A stretch of DNA of 64,000 bases from positions 10,369-74,368 of the forward strand of contig JAZKBV010000001.1 of assembly GCA_040388415.1 (NCBI GenBank), written 5' to 3'. Position 1 is the stretch's first letter. Each line of letters opens with the position of its first letter. This document shows positions 51,401 through 59,814 of this stretch, piece by piece. The DNA comes from Patescibacteria group bacterium (lineage in GTDB: Bacteria; Patescibacteriota; Minisyncoccia; Phycocordibacterales; PALSA-1337). Below the pieces are notes generated by a model. It was given only the letters and a program-made list of their open reading frames with translations. It did not search any database and was not told the origin of the DNA. Position numbers and translations under genes: made by a program.

Positions 51401-54400
51401 AAAATCTGAGTTCTGGTCTTAATGCACAAGCGTGTCAGACTGCCACCGCAAACAATGGATCTGACCTGACAGGTTTTGTCTCCATCTGTGCTAATAACTC
51501 GAATTTCTACAATCCACAGACTTACAATGTTGGTGGAGGAGGTGATACATCCGTAATGTCCTTGGCCTCTGGAGATTTCTATATTAACAACGCTACGGCA
51601 AACAAGAAGCTCTACTTCATGACAGGCGGCACCGCGACATCAACAAATATCCGCATGACTGTTGATGGTAACGGCAACGTTGGTATCGGCACAACCACAC
51701 CAAATGCACTCCTTGCTCTTGTGGGTCAGAGCGGTTCAACAGGTCAGATCTTCGACGTCGCTTCATCGTCGGGCGCTTCTTACTTCCATATCACTTCAGC
51801 AGGAAATATCGGCATTGGAACTTCGTCTCCATTTGCAAAACTTTCTATTACTTCTATTGCACAAAATGGTGGAAACTCTCTCCTCACAGTGGCCTCAAGT
51901 AGCGGTTCAACTTTGTTCACTGTTCTTGGTAACGGCAATGTCGGCATCGGCACTTCAAGTCCTCTCGCAACCCTCCATCTCTATAATACAAATACTCCTG
52001 GCGCAGCGCCGTCGATCCTTATGGGAGGAAATAATGGGGGCGACACAGATTTCTGGATGGCGCGCGTCAATGATAATGATTCTACGGATAATGACTTCTT
52101 CCAGATTGGAACAGGAAATACGCCTGGCACGAATCCATATTTCAGCATCAATAGAAACGGATATGTAGGCGTCGGCACCACTTCGCCATTTGCAGTGGTA
52201 TCGATCGCAAATACACGCAACAGCGTCGCCAATACTCCGCTTTTGACCATTGCTTCAACAACGAATGGAACGGCAACCTCAACTCTTATGACAGTGCTTG
52301 CAAACGGCTCTATCGGCATGGGATCAAGTACTCCATCAAGCCTCGCAACTCTCAGTGTCAGCGGTTCAACATACTTGGGCTCAGGCATAGGAACTAGTTT
52401 GACTATCCACTCAGGTATCATCAACTATCCGACACAGGCAACAAGTACAGTTTTGAACGGTCTCGATAACGTTTGGTCTATTGCCACCTCTACGACAAAT
52501 ACTCCGATCTTCAGTATCTCAACACGTTCAAGTCCAGCAGGTCTCATTGGTATCGGCACATCATCACCATTCGGCAGATTCTCACTTGAAATGGGAACAA
52601 TGGCCAATAGTCTCTGGATCGGTAACCAGGGTAGTTCGACACCTTCATTTGTCATCGCTGGTGTGAACGGCAACGGCTCAGTCGGCGTTGCGACGAACAC
52701 CCCTTCAGCGAACTTCGCATTCTCAGTTGGTGGTTCTACGTATCTCGGCGCTGGCGTAGGTAGCAACTTGACTATCCATAGCAACCTCATCAACTATCCG
52801 ATTCAGTCGACCACAACTGTTCCAACAGGAGCGTTTGGCTGGTCTCTCGCGACTTCTACCGCGACTACTGGAAACCCACTCTTCACTACTTCTACGAACG
52901 GTGCAACTTCAACACTCGGCTTCTTTGTCGCTACGACAACAGGACTTGTTGCTGGTCAGGGTATGGGTCTCCCGTCAGCTCTCCAGAACTATATGATCGT
53001 TGGTAACGGTAAGGTTCAAGCTGGTATAGCTATTGTGAAAGGTGGTCTCTGTGTCGATAGTGATGGCTGGTGTACGGCTTCAACTACTGGTCGTGTCACT
53101 GCAGTCTCATCAACACTTGGTGGTTCAGACGTCGCTGAAATGTATTCATCAGCAGATGATCTCAAGCCAGGCGAGATTGTCAGTGCAAGCTATGGCACAT
53201 CGATCGTCCGCGCTTCAAAGGATACCGCTCACTCTCTCATGGGCATCGTTTCTACTGATCCTGGTTTGATACTCGGTCTCCAGCCAGACTCATCAGAATT
53301 TGCAGCAGGAAAGTTCCCAATCGCTCTTAATGGTCGCGTCCCAGTCAGAGTAAGCAATGAAAATGGTCCTATCGCTATCGGTGATCCGATCACTATCTCA
53401 TCAGTCTCTGGCGTCGGTATGCGTGCAACCGGAAGTTCAACCAAGGTGGTCGCCATCGCTCTCGAGCCGATGAACGATGTGAGCGGAACCGTCATGGGCT
53501 TTGTTCAGAACTACGAGCACGATGATCATCTTGCAAGTTTGTCAGTTGATACGAGCGGTACACTCAAGACAGTTGGTGATGTCTGTGCATACGGCACGCA
53601 GTGTTTGAGTGCTTCACTCAACCATATCAATGACCAGTTGAGTGCATTGTCTGCAACTGCCTCATCGACAAATACTGGCAGCGATATATCGAACGTATCG
53701 AGCCAGCTCGCAGCACTACAAGCTCGTATAGATTCTCTTGCATCATCGACTGTTTCGATCGCCGACTTCGCCTCAACGACCTCACGCCTCGAAACATTGA
53801 GCACTTCAACCCTCGCCATGATCGCTTCAACGACTGCTACCACTATCGCTTCATCGACAACATTCATCCAGTCAGTTGCTCTTGCGGTCTACGACATCAT
53901 GAACTCAAGCGGTCAGGTCATCAGCTCTGCAGGAGATTGGTCTGTCCATCAGATCACCGCCGCAATCGGTAATTTCCAGACGCTCATCGCTGGTCGCGTC
54001 GAGACCCAGACAGCCGCAGTGTCAAATGGTCTCGAAATGAAGTCACCAAGCGGACAAACCTGGTGTGTTCGCATCGATGATATGGGTAATTTCCAGAGAA
54101 CACAGGGATCATGCGACACAGCAACATCGACGCCGGTCGTGTCAGCAGCGCCAGTTATCCAAACAAATCCTGTATTTGATACGACATCAACAGGAACTAC
54201 CACAACAGCTACGAGTACCGTGACTACGGTAGAAGATGTAAGCGCAAGCTCAACACCAGCGACTACAGGAACAGAGGGTGCGACCGCCACATCAAGTACA
54301 GCAACAATAACTTCAGATCCTGCACCGAGCCCAACACCTACAACTGAAACTGCGACAGCACCCGCTCCAGAGACATCAACAGTCTCATCAGTAGCACCAA

Positions 54401-54447
54401 CTGATGCAACGACAGGATCTTCGGATGCAACCACGGCAACACCATAA
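39412..54447 (+). CDS. Giant secreted cell-surface protein (5011 aa): signal peptide, 2 FN3-like domains, internal TM hairpin, beta-helix-like block, tail-fibre/YadA-head-like repeat arrays, C-terminal coiled-coil and beta-rich domain
   Basis: It is a single uninterrupted frame of 15,036 nt. An N-terminal signal peptide (aa 1-24) is followed by two FN3-type domains. A hydrophobic hairpin spans aa 493-542. A beta-helix-like block lies at 43700..44580 and NTA-I/V-G repeats at 45900..46330. GNVGIGT(T/S)SP...L.V modules recur dozens of times. Confidence 0.8.
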   Translation: MKHFIYTTLVLVGLFTQSAFPVRASVGSTFTASFTTTGVVDSIAPTTPVGVTATPVSQSQINLSWTPSTDNIGVAGYVIFRDASAVATTSVASFVDTGLVASTTYTYEAQAFDTSFNYSSTSAAVSTTTLPVPPVIVATSTPTTSPVVSGGTSGTPFIHGLNIAVQPTEASVTFNTARPARSTISWGTTSDLEGGSITSILYDTTHAVTISNLVPNTHYFARITVVDARGNQFASSIEFVTPTLIYSPLVNPSNFSAQFATVGRTGVNLTWTNPNDARFDSVRIVRSESFFPRDQFDGVLIYEGARESFFDATAIPGKTYYYAIFAKDANGAYSSGALAQASSVVGTNPFVTAPQAGYVDPLIARLTIADFEFIQQGKDLMVNGTSTVMINGMNNLTIRLPYNKVPEVLKTIAVSLTDPKDSSKAFIFLLRANTEKTYYEASIGALNAVGSFPLAISILDYQNQSLKQIAGSVQALVFAAQASSNDTDQLLLLIILVALVALVVYVIRGRRTVGMNKMTGATLALILVFGSFGTFFTPQAHAAINQQINYQGKLTNASNIAVADGSYIASFSLYTAPSGGAAIWTELDNGSNKVVVRNGLFSVMLGSTTPLTGVDFNQTLYLGVTIESDSEMTPRKVIGTVPSAIVAQTLQNITPGQLLRSDIQNSTSTSATFLNVLQSGAGKIAEFFGQSSFSVFSLLSNGNVGVGTSTPGSRFAIAGAAGATTALFSVSTSTSGFATTTTFQIDQNGSLALRNGATLTLNNLNGPLQANNGVVSATSSVGVLYGGTGITTAPAYGNLLIGNNTGGYTLTATSSLGLANLTATNSTLTFSGAYNGSTARTVGINLANSNTWTVNQAFNANDSTSGSIKIQNGSVTSNSGVIGIAGSSNALATGAASGDFVLSTDFSNIIFSAKSGSRSDIYIRSSDGYVGIGTTSPFARLSVDGRGVFNQDVRADYYTATSTSIASTFPYASTTALTVAGTNGLTVGTLNGPLQANNGTVSATSSIGVLYGGTGLTTAPTYGQVLVGNALGGYTLTATSSLGFPVGAAYPFTSLTNYGATNQATTGIAWFQNGLNASSTSHFVNASTTALTVAGNLYVGSLSGLLLATNGTVSSVSTSSLNLSIPLASTTGTLGVANGGTGATAFGQGWIYSVGGTGALSASTSPTVTFLYATSTSIASTFPYASTTALTVSNGAGFFLGSLNGPLQANNGKVSATSSVGVLYGGTGLTTAPSYGNILVGNALGGYTLTATSSLGITGVSGGTAGMLTSWTGGSTLTATGTPTAAAYYASSTTATSTFMGGFVAGTNGLTVLQNGNVGIGNTAPLNKFDVTGSFNSQSLDGQSIRNNDSEGIVLDDGGNGTGIRLTSLGTEFRVDGNNGAFLFNSGNVGIGTSSPFTALSVMGNGYFAGNVTASNFTATSTTATSTFPILRQGEIAIIDPLGSAKYVVATTSTDVGRGNALKYAVSIAQNGSSIYLASTTYDLGNSTLDLSRLNTFFVHLHGAGKYSTVIKSTATFGVLDINSGEEITDLSVINPSYIGINSIEAFRNVLIKDVYILAGTVGMSLTPDRDGTGYIENVTIDSKGDGIQMANGVYDSTMMRIFIHDSDIRGIPGGSSTAYGIKADGVTAYIYNTNIDMSASGGATSYGLEVSERNDYPGYLYVSGGQISSKTTDLVNTAGTPDSTLSITANTIYDVSKATGTLAYADANQIIKSISHGTENLGLGSPNPTHKLEVNGTSFFECGDVDDAFSVYDTPDAISRLKVNCDNPSVVLNNLMTVTEGAVGIGTSSPFTDLSVVGNGYFTGNLTATNITATGTLKVGTLNGPLQANNGIVSATTSVGVRYGGTGLTTAPSYGNILVGNNAGGYTLTATSSLGLGSGTVNSGLQGQVAFYNANGTAVTGTSTLFVGTNGNVGVGTTSSSEKLTVNGNLHLVNSASNAFDGFTIDANNGETGILRAPGASSAALQFIAGTGNSGGYFGIRNSGGTNGTGQFFFNSTQLSQDVQFETNFANSYLGNDGSMNLNNTLYMPAGAGSIGIGTDAPGSVLHLKSVNPTLTVQNNGADGVDSISFVDDEAEKASIKMDAGNNLFSLSSNYNIALLSNNNVGIGTAAPAYALDVNGFVNVDGAYGYKQDGTTILVASSTTLSVLLGGNAGASLTDPNGLSNTAIGFNTLSTATSSVENTAVGYNALANNGTNYNTAVGTWSMYANTFGIDNTAIGGYSLRSNTTGSSSAAGGTSALQANTTGSFNTAFGKSSLRFNTTGSNNTALGFRALFNSLGTGNIGIGYSAGKYETGSDSFYVDNQDRTNTAGDKASALLYGKFNATAANQTLVINASTTVAQSLSVLGSGASYFLGNLGIGTSSPFTKFAVMGDGYYAGNVKASNFTATSSTASSFPYASTTALTVAGNLYVGSLSGLLLGTNGTVSAVSTSSLNLSIPLASTTGTLGVANGGTGATTFSQGWIYSTGGTTALSASTSPTVNYFTATSTTIASTFPYASTTALTVAGTNGLKVGTLNGPLQANNGTVSATSSVGVLYGGTGLTTAPAYGQVLVGNALGGYTLTATSSLGITGVSGGTAGMLTSWTGGSTLTATGTPTAAAYYASSTTATSTFRGGLSVAGSAGLTVLQNGNVGIGTASPSYKLHVAGTFAVQTGTGGSTSDSPSSDSFTTTYPNITANSVTGDYGGFSFTFYDDGSGNLLDTGDDHQIGTINYVNGVVSTVDFGDDTIDQINYTYSGTYALTTDSSGKVGIGTLSHLSNLDVGGNVAIGSYAGTNAAPTNGLIVSGNVGIGTASPEQTLHVKGPLLIEGNPTPRLYFKSNDGNWFVIDRYSGQESYSGYFGENGDTGDLFFRGQGSFYFGDQSTPAILANGATKKATFIFASSTAFSTAYASSTRDFVGTLNLPNITGTQCLHSVSGVVSGTGSDCASVAYPFTSLTNYGATNQATTGIAWFQNGINASSTSHFVNASTTVLSATAICISTDCRSAWPTGGGSGGGSWSTTTSQVTGRLVNYSNNTTDIVAIGANSTTTAKYWFDPNTQTSFLSGNVGIGTTSPFTALSVMGNGYFAGNVTASNFTATSTVASTFPYASTTALTVAGTNGLTVGTLNGPLQANNGTVSATSSVGVLYGGTGLTTAPTYGQILVGNNAGGYTLTATSSLGLPTFQYPFTSLTNYGATNQATTGIAWFQNGLNASSTSHFVNASTTALTVAGNLYVGSLSGLLLGTNGTVSAVSTSSLNLSIPLASTTGTLGVANGGTGATTFSQGWIYSTGGTTALSASTSPTVNYFTATSTSIASTFPYASTTAFSATGNAYVGGALAVGNQYIVATGTNAFASGYSDGAGGLSLIKSTGVGSVALGYVLNAGSINSNNSGSVAVGYAGYGNSINSQAAGSFAGGNTTILSGNIVASGAGSFVWGSNISATQSLSTAFGKGFTNSTADTFQVGYSSTPTLTVNTTGVGIGTTSPYAPLSVNGQVVASYFTATTSTASVFPYASTTALTVAGTNGLTVGTLNGPLQANNGTVSATSSVGVLYGGTGLTTAPTYGQVLVGNALGGYTLTATSSLGFPVGAAYPFTSLTNYGATNQATTGIAWFQNGLNASSTSHFETALFNGNVGIGTTSPFTALSVMGNGYFANNVTASYFTATSTTATSTFAGDISVGSGGSDAFVVDYSGNVGIGTSTPWKTLSVAGSMVLTGGLYDNAASAGTAGYVLMSTATGVRWVATTTSSGTYSFTPLTNFGATNQATTGIAWFQNGLNASSTSHFDNASTTVLSAATICISTDCRSAWPTGGGSGSSSWSTTTSSVAGRFINYSNNTTDIVTIGGNATTTAKYWFDPNAFTSFFTGNVGIGTTSPFTALSVMGSGYFANNVTASYFTATSTTATSTFAGDVTVGSGSDTYFIVDYTGNVGIGSTTPYAKLSVSNGSQQDGTLPLFTIASTTNQSLFAVLGNGNVTIGTTSQQSIDPNNPAKLLIDMGTSQSEEGINVIGTVNDFLENNVKNLSSGLNAQACQTATANNGSDLTGFVSICANNSNFYNPQTYNVGGGGDTSVMSLASGDFYINNATANKKLYFMTGGTATSTNIRMTVDGNGNVGIGTTTPNALLALVGQSGSTGQIFDVASSSGASYFHITSAGNIGIGTSSPFAKLSITSIAQNGGNSLLTVASSSGSTLFTVLGNGNVGIGTSSPLATLHLYNTNTPGAAPSILMGGNNGGDTDFWMARVNDNDSTDNDFFQIGTGNTPGTNPYFSINRNGYVGVGTTSPFAVVSIANTRNSVANTPLLTIASTTNGTATSTLMTVLANGSIGMGSSTPSSLATLSVSGSTYLGSGIGTSLTIHSGIINYPTQATSTVLNGLDNVWSIATSTTNTPIFSISTRSSPAGLIGIGTSSPFGRFSLEMGTMANSLWIGNQGSSTPSFVIAGVNGNGSVGVATNTPSANFAFSVGGSTYLGAGVGSNLTIHSNLINYPIQSTTTVPTGAFGWSLATSTATTGNPLFTTSTNGATSTLGFFVATTTGLVAGQGMGLPSALQNYMIVGNGKVQAGIAIVKGGLCVDSDGWCTASTTGRVTAVSSTLGGSDVAEMYSSADDLKPGEIVSASYGTSIVRASKDTAHSLMGIVSTDPGLILGLQPDSSEFAAGKFPIALNGRVPVRVSNENGPIAIGDPITISSVSGVGMRATGSSTKVVAIALEPMNDVSGTVMGFVQNYEHDDHLASLSVDTSGTLKTVGDVCAYGTQCLSASLNHINDQLSALSATASSTNTGSDISNVSSQLAALQARIDSLASSTVSIADFASTTSRLETLSTSTLAMIASTTATTIASSTTFIQSVALAVYDIMNSSGQVISSAGDWSVHQITAAIGNFQTLIAGRVETQTAAVSNGLEMKSPSGQTWCVRIDDMGNFQRTQGSCDTATSTPVVSAAPVIQTNPVFDTTSTGTTTTATSTVTTVEDVSASSTPATTGTEGATATSSTATITSDPAPSPTPTTETATAPAPETSTVSSVAPTDATTGSSDATTATP
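46622..46920 (+). repeat. Intragenic near-identical repeat, copy A (~300 bp) within giant gene
   Basis: The first ~260 nt are identical to 49028..49326 and the remainder differs at only a few positions, by my direct comparison. A more divergent copy (~85-90% identity) lies at about 42670..42980. Confidence 0.8.
49028..49326 (+). repeat. Intragenic near-identical repeat, copy B (~300 bp) within giant gene
   Basis: It matches 46622..46920, 2.4 kb upstream. Confidence 0.8.
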
Positions 54448-54468
54448 AAATAAGATATAATACTGTAC

Positions 54469-55335
54469 ATGAAAAAAATACTCTTTACTGTATCGCTCAT
54501 GCTCATCCTCTCAACGGGAGGCAATTATGCCTATGCGCTTGAAGATATTACTACCGGACTTGTCGCGCACTATACATTTGACGAGGGAACTCGATATGCC
54601 ACTGTTATTGATAGCTCTGGAAATAGTCATGATGGAACACCTCAAGGCAACGGTCCTTTTCAGCCGCAATATTCTACAGATACGCCGATCAATACCTATT
54701 CATTATCGTGTAATCAAGATGCACAGCAGGGTGAGGCAGTTAACGTAGGAAATTTCCTTGATAATGATCCAACATTTACCGTATCACTTTGGTATAAGGG
54801 TCATGCCATGGGACAAGACGAAATGATTATCGGTAAGTGGAGTCCAGGCGGTCAGTCCACTGGAGCAGGGTGGGGAATGATGCAGTTCATTAGCGGCGAA
54901 AATCTGATTGACGGTCAGCTTCAAGATCCAGGAGGAGCGAACTGGGTCGAGCAAAATTTTTCGCAGACGCAGGATAACTTGTGGCATCATCTCGTTATGG
55001 TTACAAATGGAGATCTTACGACTGGGTTGGATGATACGAACATGACGTTTTATATCGATGGAGTAGTTGCGACTATTGATTATGTCCTTGGTGGTGGTCA
55101 CGGAACTGTTCATTCATTTACAAATAGTAATGATATTATTTTGTGTGGATCACAGGGCGGTCAACCGACGCTCGAAGGTCAAATCGCTGATGTTCGTTTG
55201 TACGATAGGCCGCTCACAGGGGCGCAAGTTACAGCGCTCTATAACAAGCAGGGTAGCGGGGCGCCTCAATATAAGACAAAGATCTCTACATTACGTCGTT
55301 TTGCGGTCAAAGTTGGAAGGTATTTTCACTTCTAA
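54469..55335 (+). CDS. LamG-like jellyroll (concanavalin A-like lectin) domain protein, secreted
   Basis: It has a signal peptide and LamG_3-like blocks (FTVSLWYK...WHHLVMV...FYIDGV...VRLYDRPLT). It lies 22 nt after the giant gene, with TATAAT directly upstream. Confidence 0.7.
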   Translation: MKKILFTVSLMLILSTGGNYAYALEDITTGLVAHYTFDEGTRYATVIDSSGNSHDGTPQGNGPFQPQYSTDTPINTYSLSCNQDAQQGEAVNVGNFLDNDPTFTVSLWYKGHAMGQDEMIIGKWSPGGQSTGAGWGMMQFISGENLIDGQLQDPGGANWVEQNFSQTQDNLWHHLVMVTNGDLTTGLDDTNMTFYIDGVVATIDYVLGGGHGTVHSFTNSNDIILCGSQGGQPTLEGQIADVRLYDRPLTGAQVTALYNKQGSGAPQYKTKISTLRRFAVKVGRYFHF

Positions 55336-55524
55336 TATGATTGTTCTAGTAAAATAATGGCTCTGTGTAGGGTTTATTTGGCGTTTACGCCACTTGCTTT
55401 TTGTCTATAGATATGCTATACTACTCTCGCTGTATGTTTCTCGTCACATACGCGTTAGCATTAACGACTGAGAGCTCCGCTAGCGCGTTACTGTATAAGT
55501 GATTCGTTGCGGGTAATAAAAGAA

Positions 55525-55776
55525 ATGTCAAAGAGACTTTTCGTAGGCAGTATTGCCTGGGGTACAACCGACGCCACCCTGAAGAAGCACTTCGAACAGG
55601 CTGGGGAAGTTGAGTCAGCAGCAGTTATCATCGACAAGATGTCAGGCCGTTCAAAGGGCTTCGGCTTCGTGGAGATGGCAAATGATGCAGATGCAGCTAC
55701 AGCTGTTGAGAAGCTCAACGGTTCAGAACTCGACGGTCGCAAGATCGTAGTTTCTGAGGCTCGCCCAAAGCAGTAA
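55525..55776 (+). CDS. RNA-binding protein with RRM domain
   Basis: RNP-2 (LFVGSI) and RNP-1 (KGFGFVEM) are present. It is 83 aa. Confidence 0.85.
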   Translation: MSKRLFVGSIAWGTTDATLKKHFEQAGEVESAAVIIDKMSGRSKGFGFVEMANDADAATAVEKLNGSELDGRKIVVSEARPKQ

Positions 55777-55854
55777 TTTATTACTCTTCTGGTACGCTTA
55801 ACAAAAATACTCACAGCAATGTGAGTATTTTTGTTTGTCCGATTCTTCTAACTC

Positions 55855-56553
55855 CTAGTTTATATTTCTCCACCATTCTGACACCGGTGCTTTTTGTATG
55901 AGGCTGACCGCTTCTTCGACTGAGTCAGTGATATGGAAGAGTTTAAGATCGCGCTCTTCGATCGTATGATATCCATCGAGCATCGCTTTTTCAATCATAG
56001 CTTTGACAGGATTCCAGAAGCCAGAATCAAAGAGGATGACAGGTACATGAGGGATCTTGCCAGTCTGGATGAGGGTGAGCACGCTGAAGAGTTCGTCGAA
56101 TGTACCAAATCCTCCCGGAAAATAGACGTATGCTTCTGCGGCGAATGAGAGCATGGTCTTGCGAGAGAAAAAGTACGTGAACTTCATCGAATGAGTGACA
56201 TATGGATTAACTGAGTGCTCATGTGGAAGTGTGACATTGAGTCCGAGTGAGATGCCACCGTTATCGTATGCACCTTTGTTGGCAGCCTCCATGATGCCAG
56301 GTCCACCGCCGGTCAGCACCGCGTATTTGAGATCGCGCGCCACGCATGCGGCCAAGTCATATGCTTTTTTGTAATGTTCGCTGTCGCGACTGGCGAGCGA
56401 TGAACCAAAGACGGTTATGGATTTTGGATATTTTGAAAGAAAGTCGAAGCCATCGTAAAATTCGCGATTGATGCGTTCGAGGTGCGTCAGGATCTCTTTT
56501 GCATGTATGTCTTCGCGGACGAACGGATTGCTGTTTTTATTTTTAGAATTCAT
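55855..56553 (-). CDS. LOG family protein (TIGR00730 Rossmann fold; cytokinin riboside 5'-monophosphate phosphoribohydrolase-like)
   Basis: GGGPGIMEA and the PGGFGTFDELFE motif are present. Confidence 0.85.
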   Translation of the reverse strand: MNSKNKNSNPFVREDIHAKEILTHLERINREFYDGFDFLSKYPKSITVFGSSLASRDSEHYKKAYDLAACVARDLKYAVLTGGGPGIMEAANKGAYDNGGISLGLNVTLPHEHSVNPYVTHSMKFTYFFSRKTMLSFAAEAYVYFPGGFGTFDELFSVLTLIQTGKIPHVPVILFDSGFWNPVKAMIEKAMLDGYHTIEERDLKLFHITDSVEEAVSLIQKAPVSEWWRNIN

Positions 56554-56561
56554 GGAAGTAG

Positions 56562-57866
<1,305 letters not shown>

Positions 57867-57880
57867 CCGTCAGATAGATC

Positions 57881-58642
57881 CTAAGGGTTTTGGATGGATT
57901 GAGTATACATGTTCATCTCATCAATGAGACCTGTGAATCCAGTGCTACCATAATTTCCAATAAGAATTATGTTTGTAGCCGCAATGTCCTGGATTATACC
58001 GCTTACTGTATTATCCAATTTTCCATTTACGTAATAATTCGTACTGCCACCATTGATATTAGACCAACTTAACATTATATGATTCCATTCACCTGGTTTA
58101 ATTCCGGTTTTGGTTGTTATGCCAGTATAACTATTCTCGGCTGTTATATGACAACTACTATCTTTAATTCTTAACCATAAATTAGCAATATAAATGAGAT
58201 TTATAAAACCACTCGAAGGACAAACAAACGATGAGGATGGCTTTATCCAAAAAGATATGCTGCCGTTTAATGGATTAATCGGGAAATTCAAAACTGTAAA
58301 TTGAGAAAGCGGCATGCTGCAGTTAGCACTGGTAGTTGTGAAATTTAACGCGCTTCCTTTAATTCCATTCGAGTCTACTGATACGTTTGTGCATGTCCAT
58401 GACGGTGAAGAATTTCCTGTCGCATCGATTGGTGGCACAGTATTAAGCGGATAGAGGGATACTGCATTTGTTGAAAACGCATGGTACGTATGATCATCAA
58501 AAGTTTGTCCTGCTCCAACCACTCCTTTTTGACGAGCACTCTGTAGACTCGCCAACACAACACTCGATAATAGCCCGATAATCGAGATTACCACCAGGAG
58601 CTCAATCAGAGTAAAACCTTTCGTGTGCGATTTATTGGTCAT
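57881..58642 (-). CDS. Prepilin-type N-terminal cleavage/methylation domain protein (type IV pilin-like) with C-terminal LamG-like jellyroll domain
   Basis: The N-terminus KGFTLIELLVVISIIGLLSSVVLASL is a class III signal with a hydrophobic helix. The C-terminal half carries LamG_3-like blocks (SFWIK...WNHIMLSW...YVNGK...LIDEMNMY). Confidence 0.8.
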   Translation of the reverse strand: MTNKSHTKGFTLIELLVVISIIGLLSSVVLASLQSARQKGVVGAGQTFDDHTYHAFSTNAVSLYPLNTVPPIDATGNSSPSWTCTNVSVDSNGIKGSALNFTTTSANCSMPLSQFTVLNFPINPLNGSISFWIKPSSSFVCPSSGFINLIYIANLWLRIKDSSCHITAENSYTGITTKTGIKPGEWNHIMLSWSNINGGSTNYYVNGKLDNTVSGIIQDIAATNIILIGNYGSTGFTGLIDEMNMYTQSIQNP

Positions 58643-58671
58643 TGAATTATTGATAATTGTATCATTAATCT

Positions 58672-59667
58672 CTAAATCTCTTTTACCTTATATTCATCAG
58701 GAGCTCTATTGAGCCACCATTCGAGCTGGTCACGGGTGAGCAAGCCTTCTTGTGCGCCGATGAATTGAGCGACTGACATTGGATTGACGGGAGCCCAGAT
58801 GAGAGCTTCAAGTGGATCTTTACCGAGAGCGAGCGCAGAGATAAAAGTGGAAGCCCACGCATCTCCACAACCAGTGCGTTCAAAGGCTGGACGTGGGTCG
58901 GGATACATCGGCACATGATAGTAGTGCTCGCCAGTATAGAGGTATGCGCCGTTGGTGTTGTCAGTGATAGCGACCATTTTTGGTCCATAGTCAGCGAGAT
59001 TTTTTATGAGAGCTTTGATGTCGCGTGTCTTGGTCTTGAGCATGCGTTGTGCTTCTTCGACATTTACAACAAGTAAATCAGTTTTTTTGTATATGCGTTC
59101 AAGTTTCTCAAATCCGAGCTCCATCTGGAATGTACCTGGTTGGAAAGCGAGCCTGACCGTCGGGTTCTTTTCGAGGTAGTCCGCTATCATCATATGATAG
59201 TCATACGTAGTCGAAGCGAGCGAAGTGAGGTAAATCCATTTCGGCGCAGGGAATGCAGGGAGCTTGTAATCATAGTCGGTGTGTTTGACCAGGATAGTGC
59301 GGTCGACGTCATACCAGAGTACGAAGTGGTAGTTGCTCGGCTTGTTTGGGTGGATCTTTACATATGAGGTGATGACGCTGTTTTTTTGCAGTTCAGCCAT
59401 ATCGTCTTTGCCGCCCTGGTCGCCGCCGAGGTTAGTGATGAGGGCAGAACGAAGTCCGAGGCGAGCACCGCTGACTGCAGCATTGGCAGCATTGCCGACT
59501 GCTTTGACTACTTTTACATACTCGAAGGGAATCTTGTCGCCAAAGGGCATACAGATCTCGCAGTCATTCGTATTCACTTTACAGGTGACATGAGCATCTT
59601 TGAGTCTTATAAAAGCGTCGGTAGTAGTATCGCCGATGGCAACGATATCAAGTGGTTTTTTGAACAT
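58672..59667 (-). CDS. PfkB family carbohydrate kinase (ribokinase/fructokinase-like)
   Basis: The motif AIGDTTTDAF is near the N-terminus and a PfkB signature 2-like TGCGDAWASTF is near the C-terminus. Confidence 0.75.
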   Translation of the reverse strand: MFKKPLDIVAIGDTTTDAFIRLKDAHVTCKVNTNDCEICMPFGDKIPFEYVKVVKAVGNAANAAVSGARLGLRSALITNLGGDQGGKDDMAELQKNSVITSYVKIHPNKPSNYHFVLWYDVDRTILVKHTDYDYKLPAFPAPKWIYLTSLASTTYDYHMMIADYLEKNPTVRLAFQPGTFQMELGFEKLERIYKKTDLLVVNVEEAQRMLKTKTRDIKALIKNLADYGPKMVAITDNTNGAYLYTGEHYYHVPMYPDPRPAFERTGCGDAWASTFISALALGKDPLEALIWAPVNPMSVAQFIGAQEGLLTRDQLEWWLNRAPDEYKVKEI

Positions 59668-59814
59668 GAGGAAATTATAACATGAGTAATAAAAAAGCCT
59701 TACGTTATACACAGTTTATGTTGTTGAAGAGGCGTAGCATTACATGTTAATATATAGGTATTCGAACTTGTTTTCGTACCTGTTTTTATTAAAATTATCA
59801 ATTAATTTATTTCA

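Noticed and set aside
39412-54447. Numerous 60-190 aa ORFs on both strands inside the giant gene (e.g. 43350..43766 -, 45788..46318 +, 53949..54524 -)
   Set aside because: They are shadow ORFs produced by the low-stop, Ser/Thr/Gly/Ala/Asn-biased composition of the giant coding frame. Several are exact duplicates only because the underlying coding repeats are duplicated.
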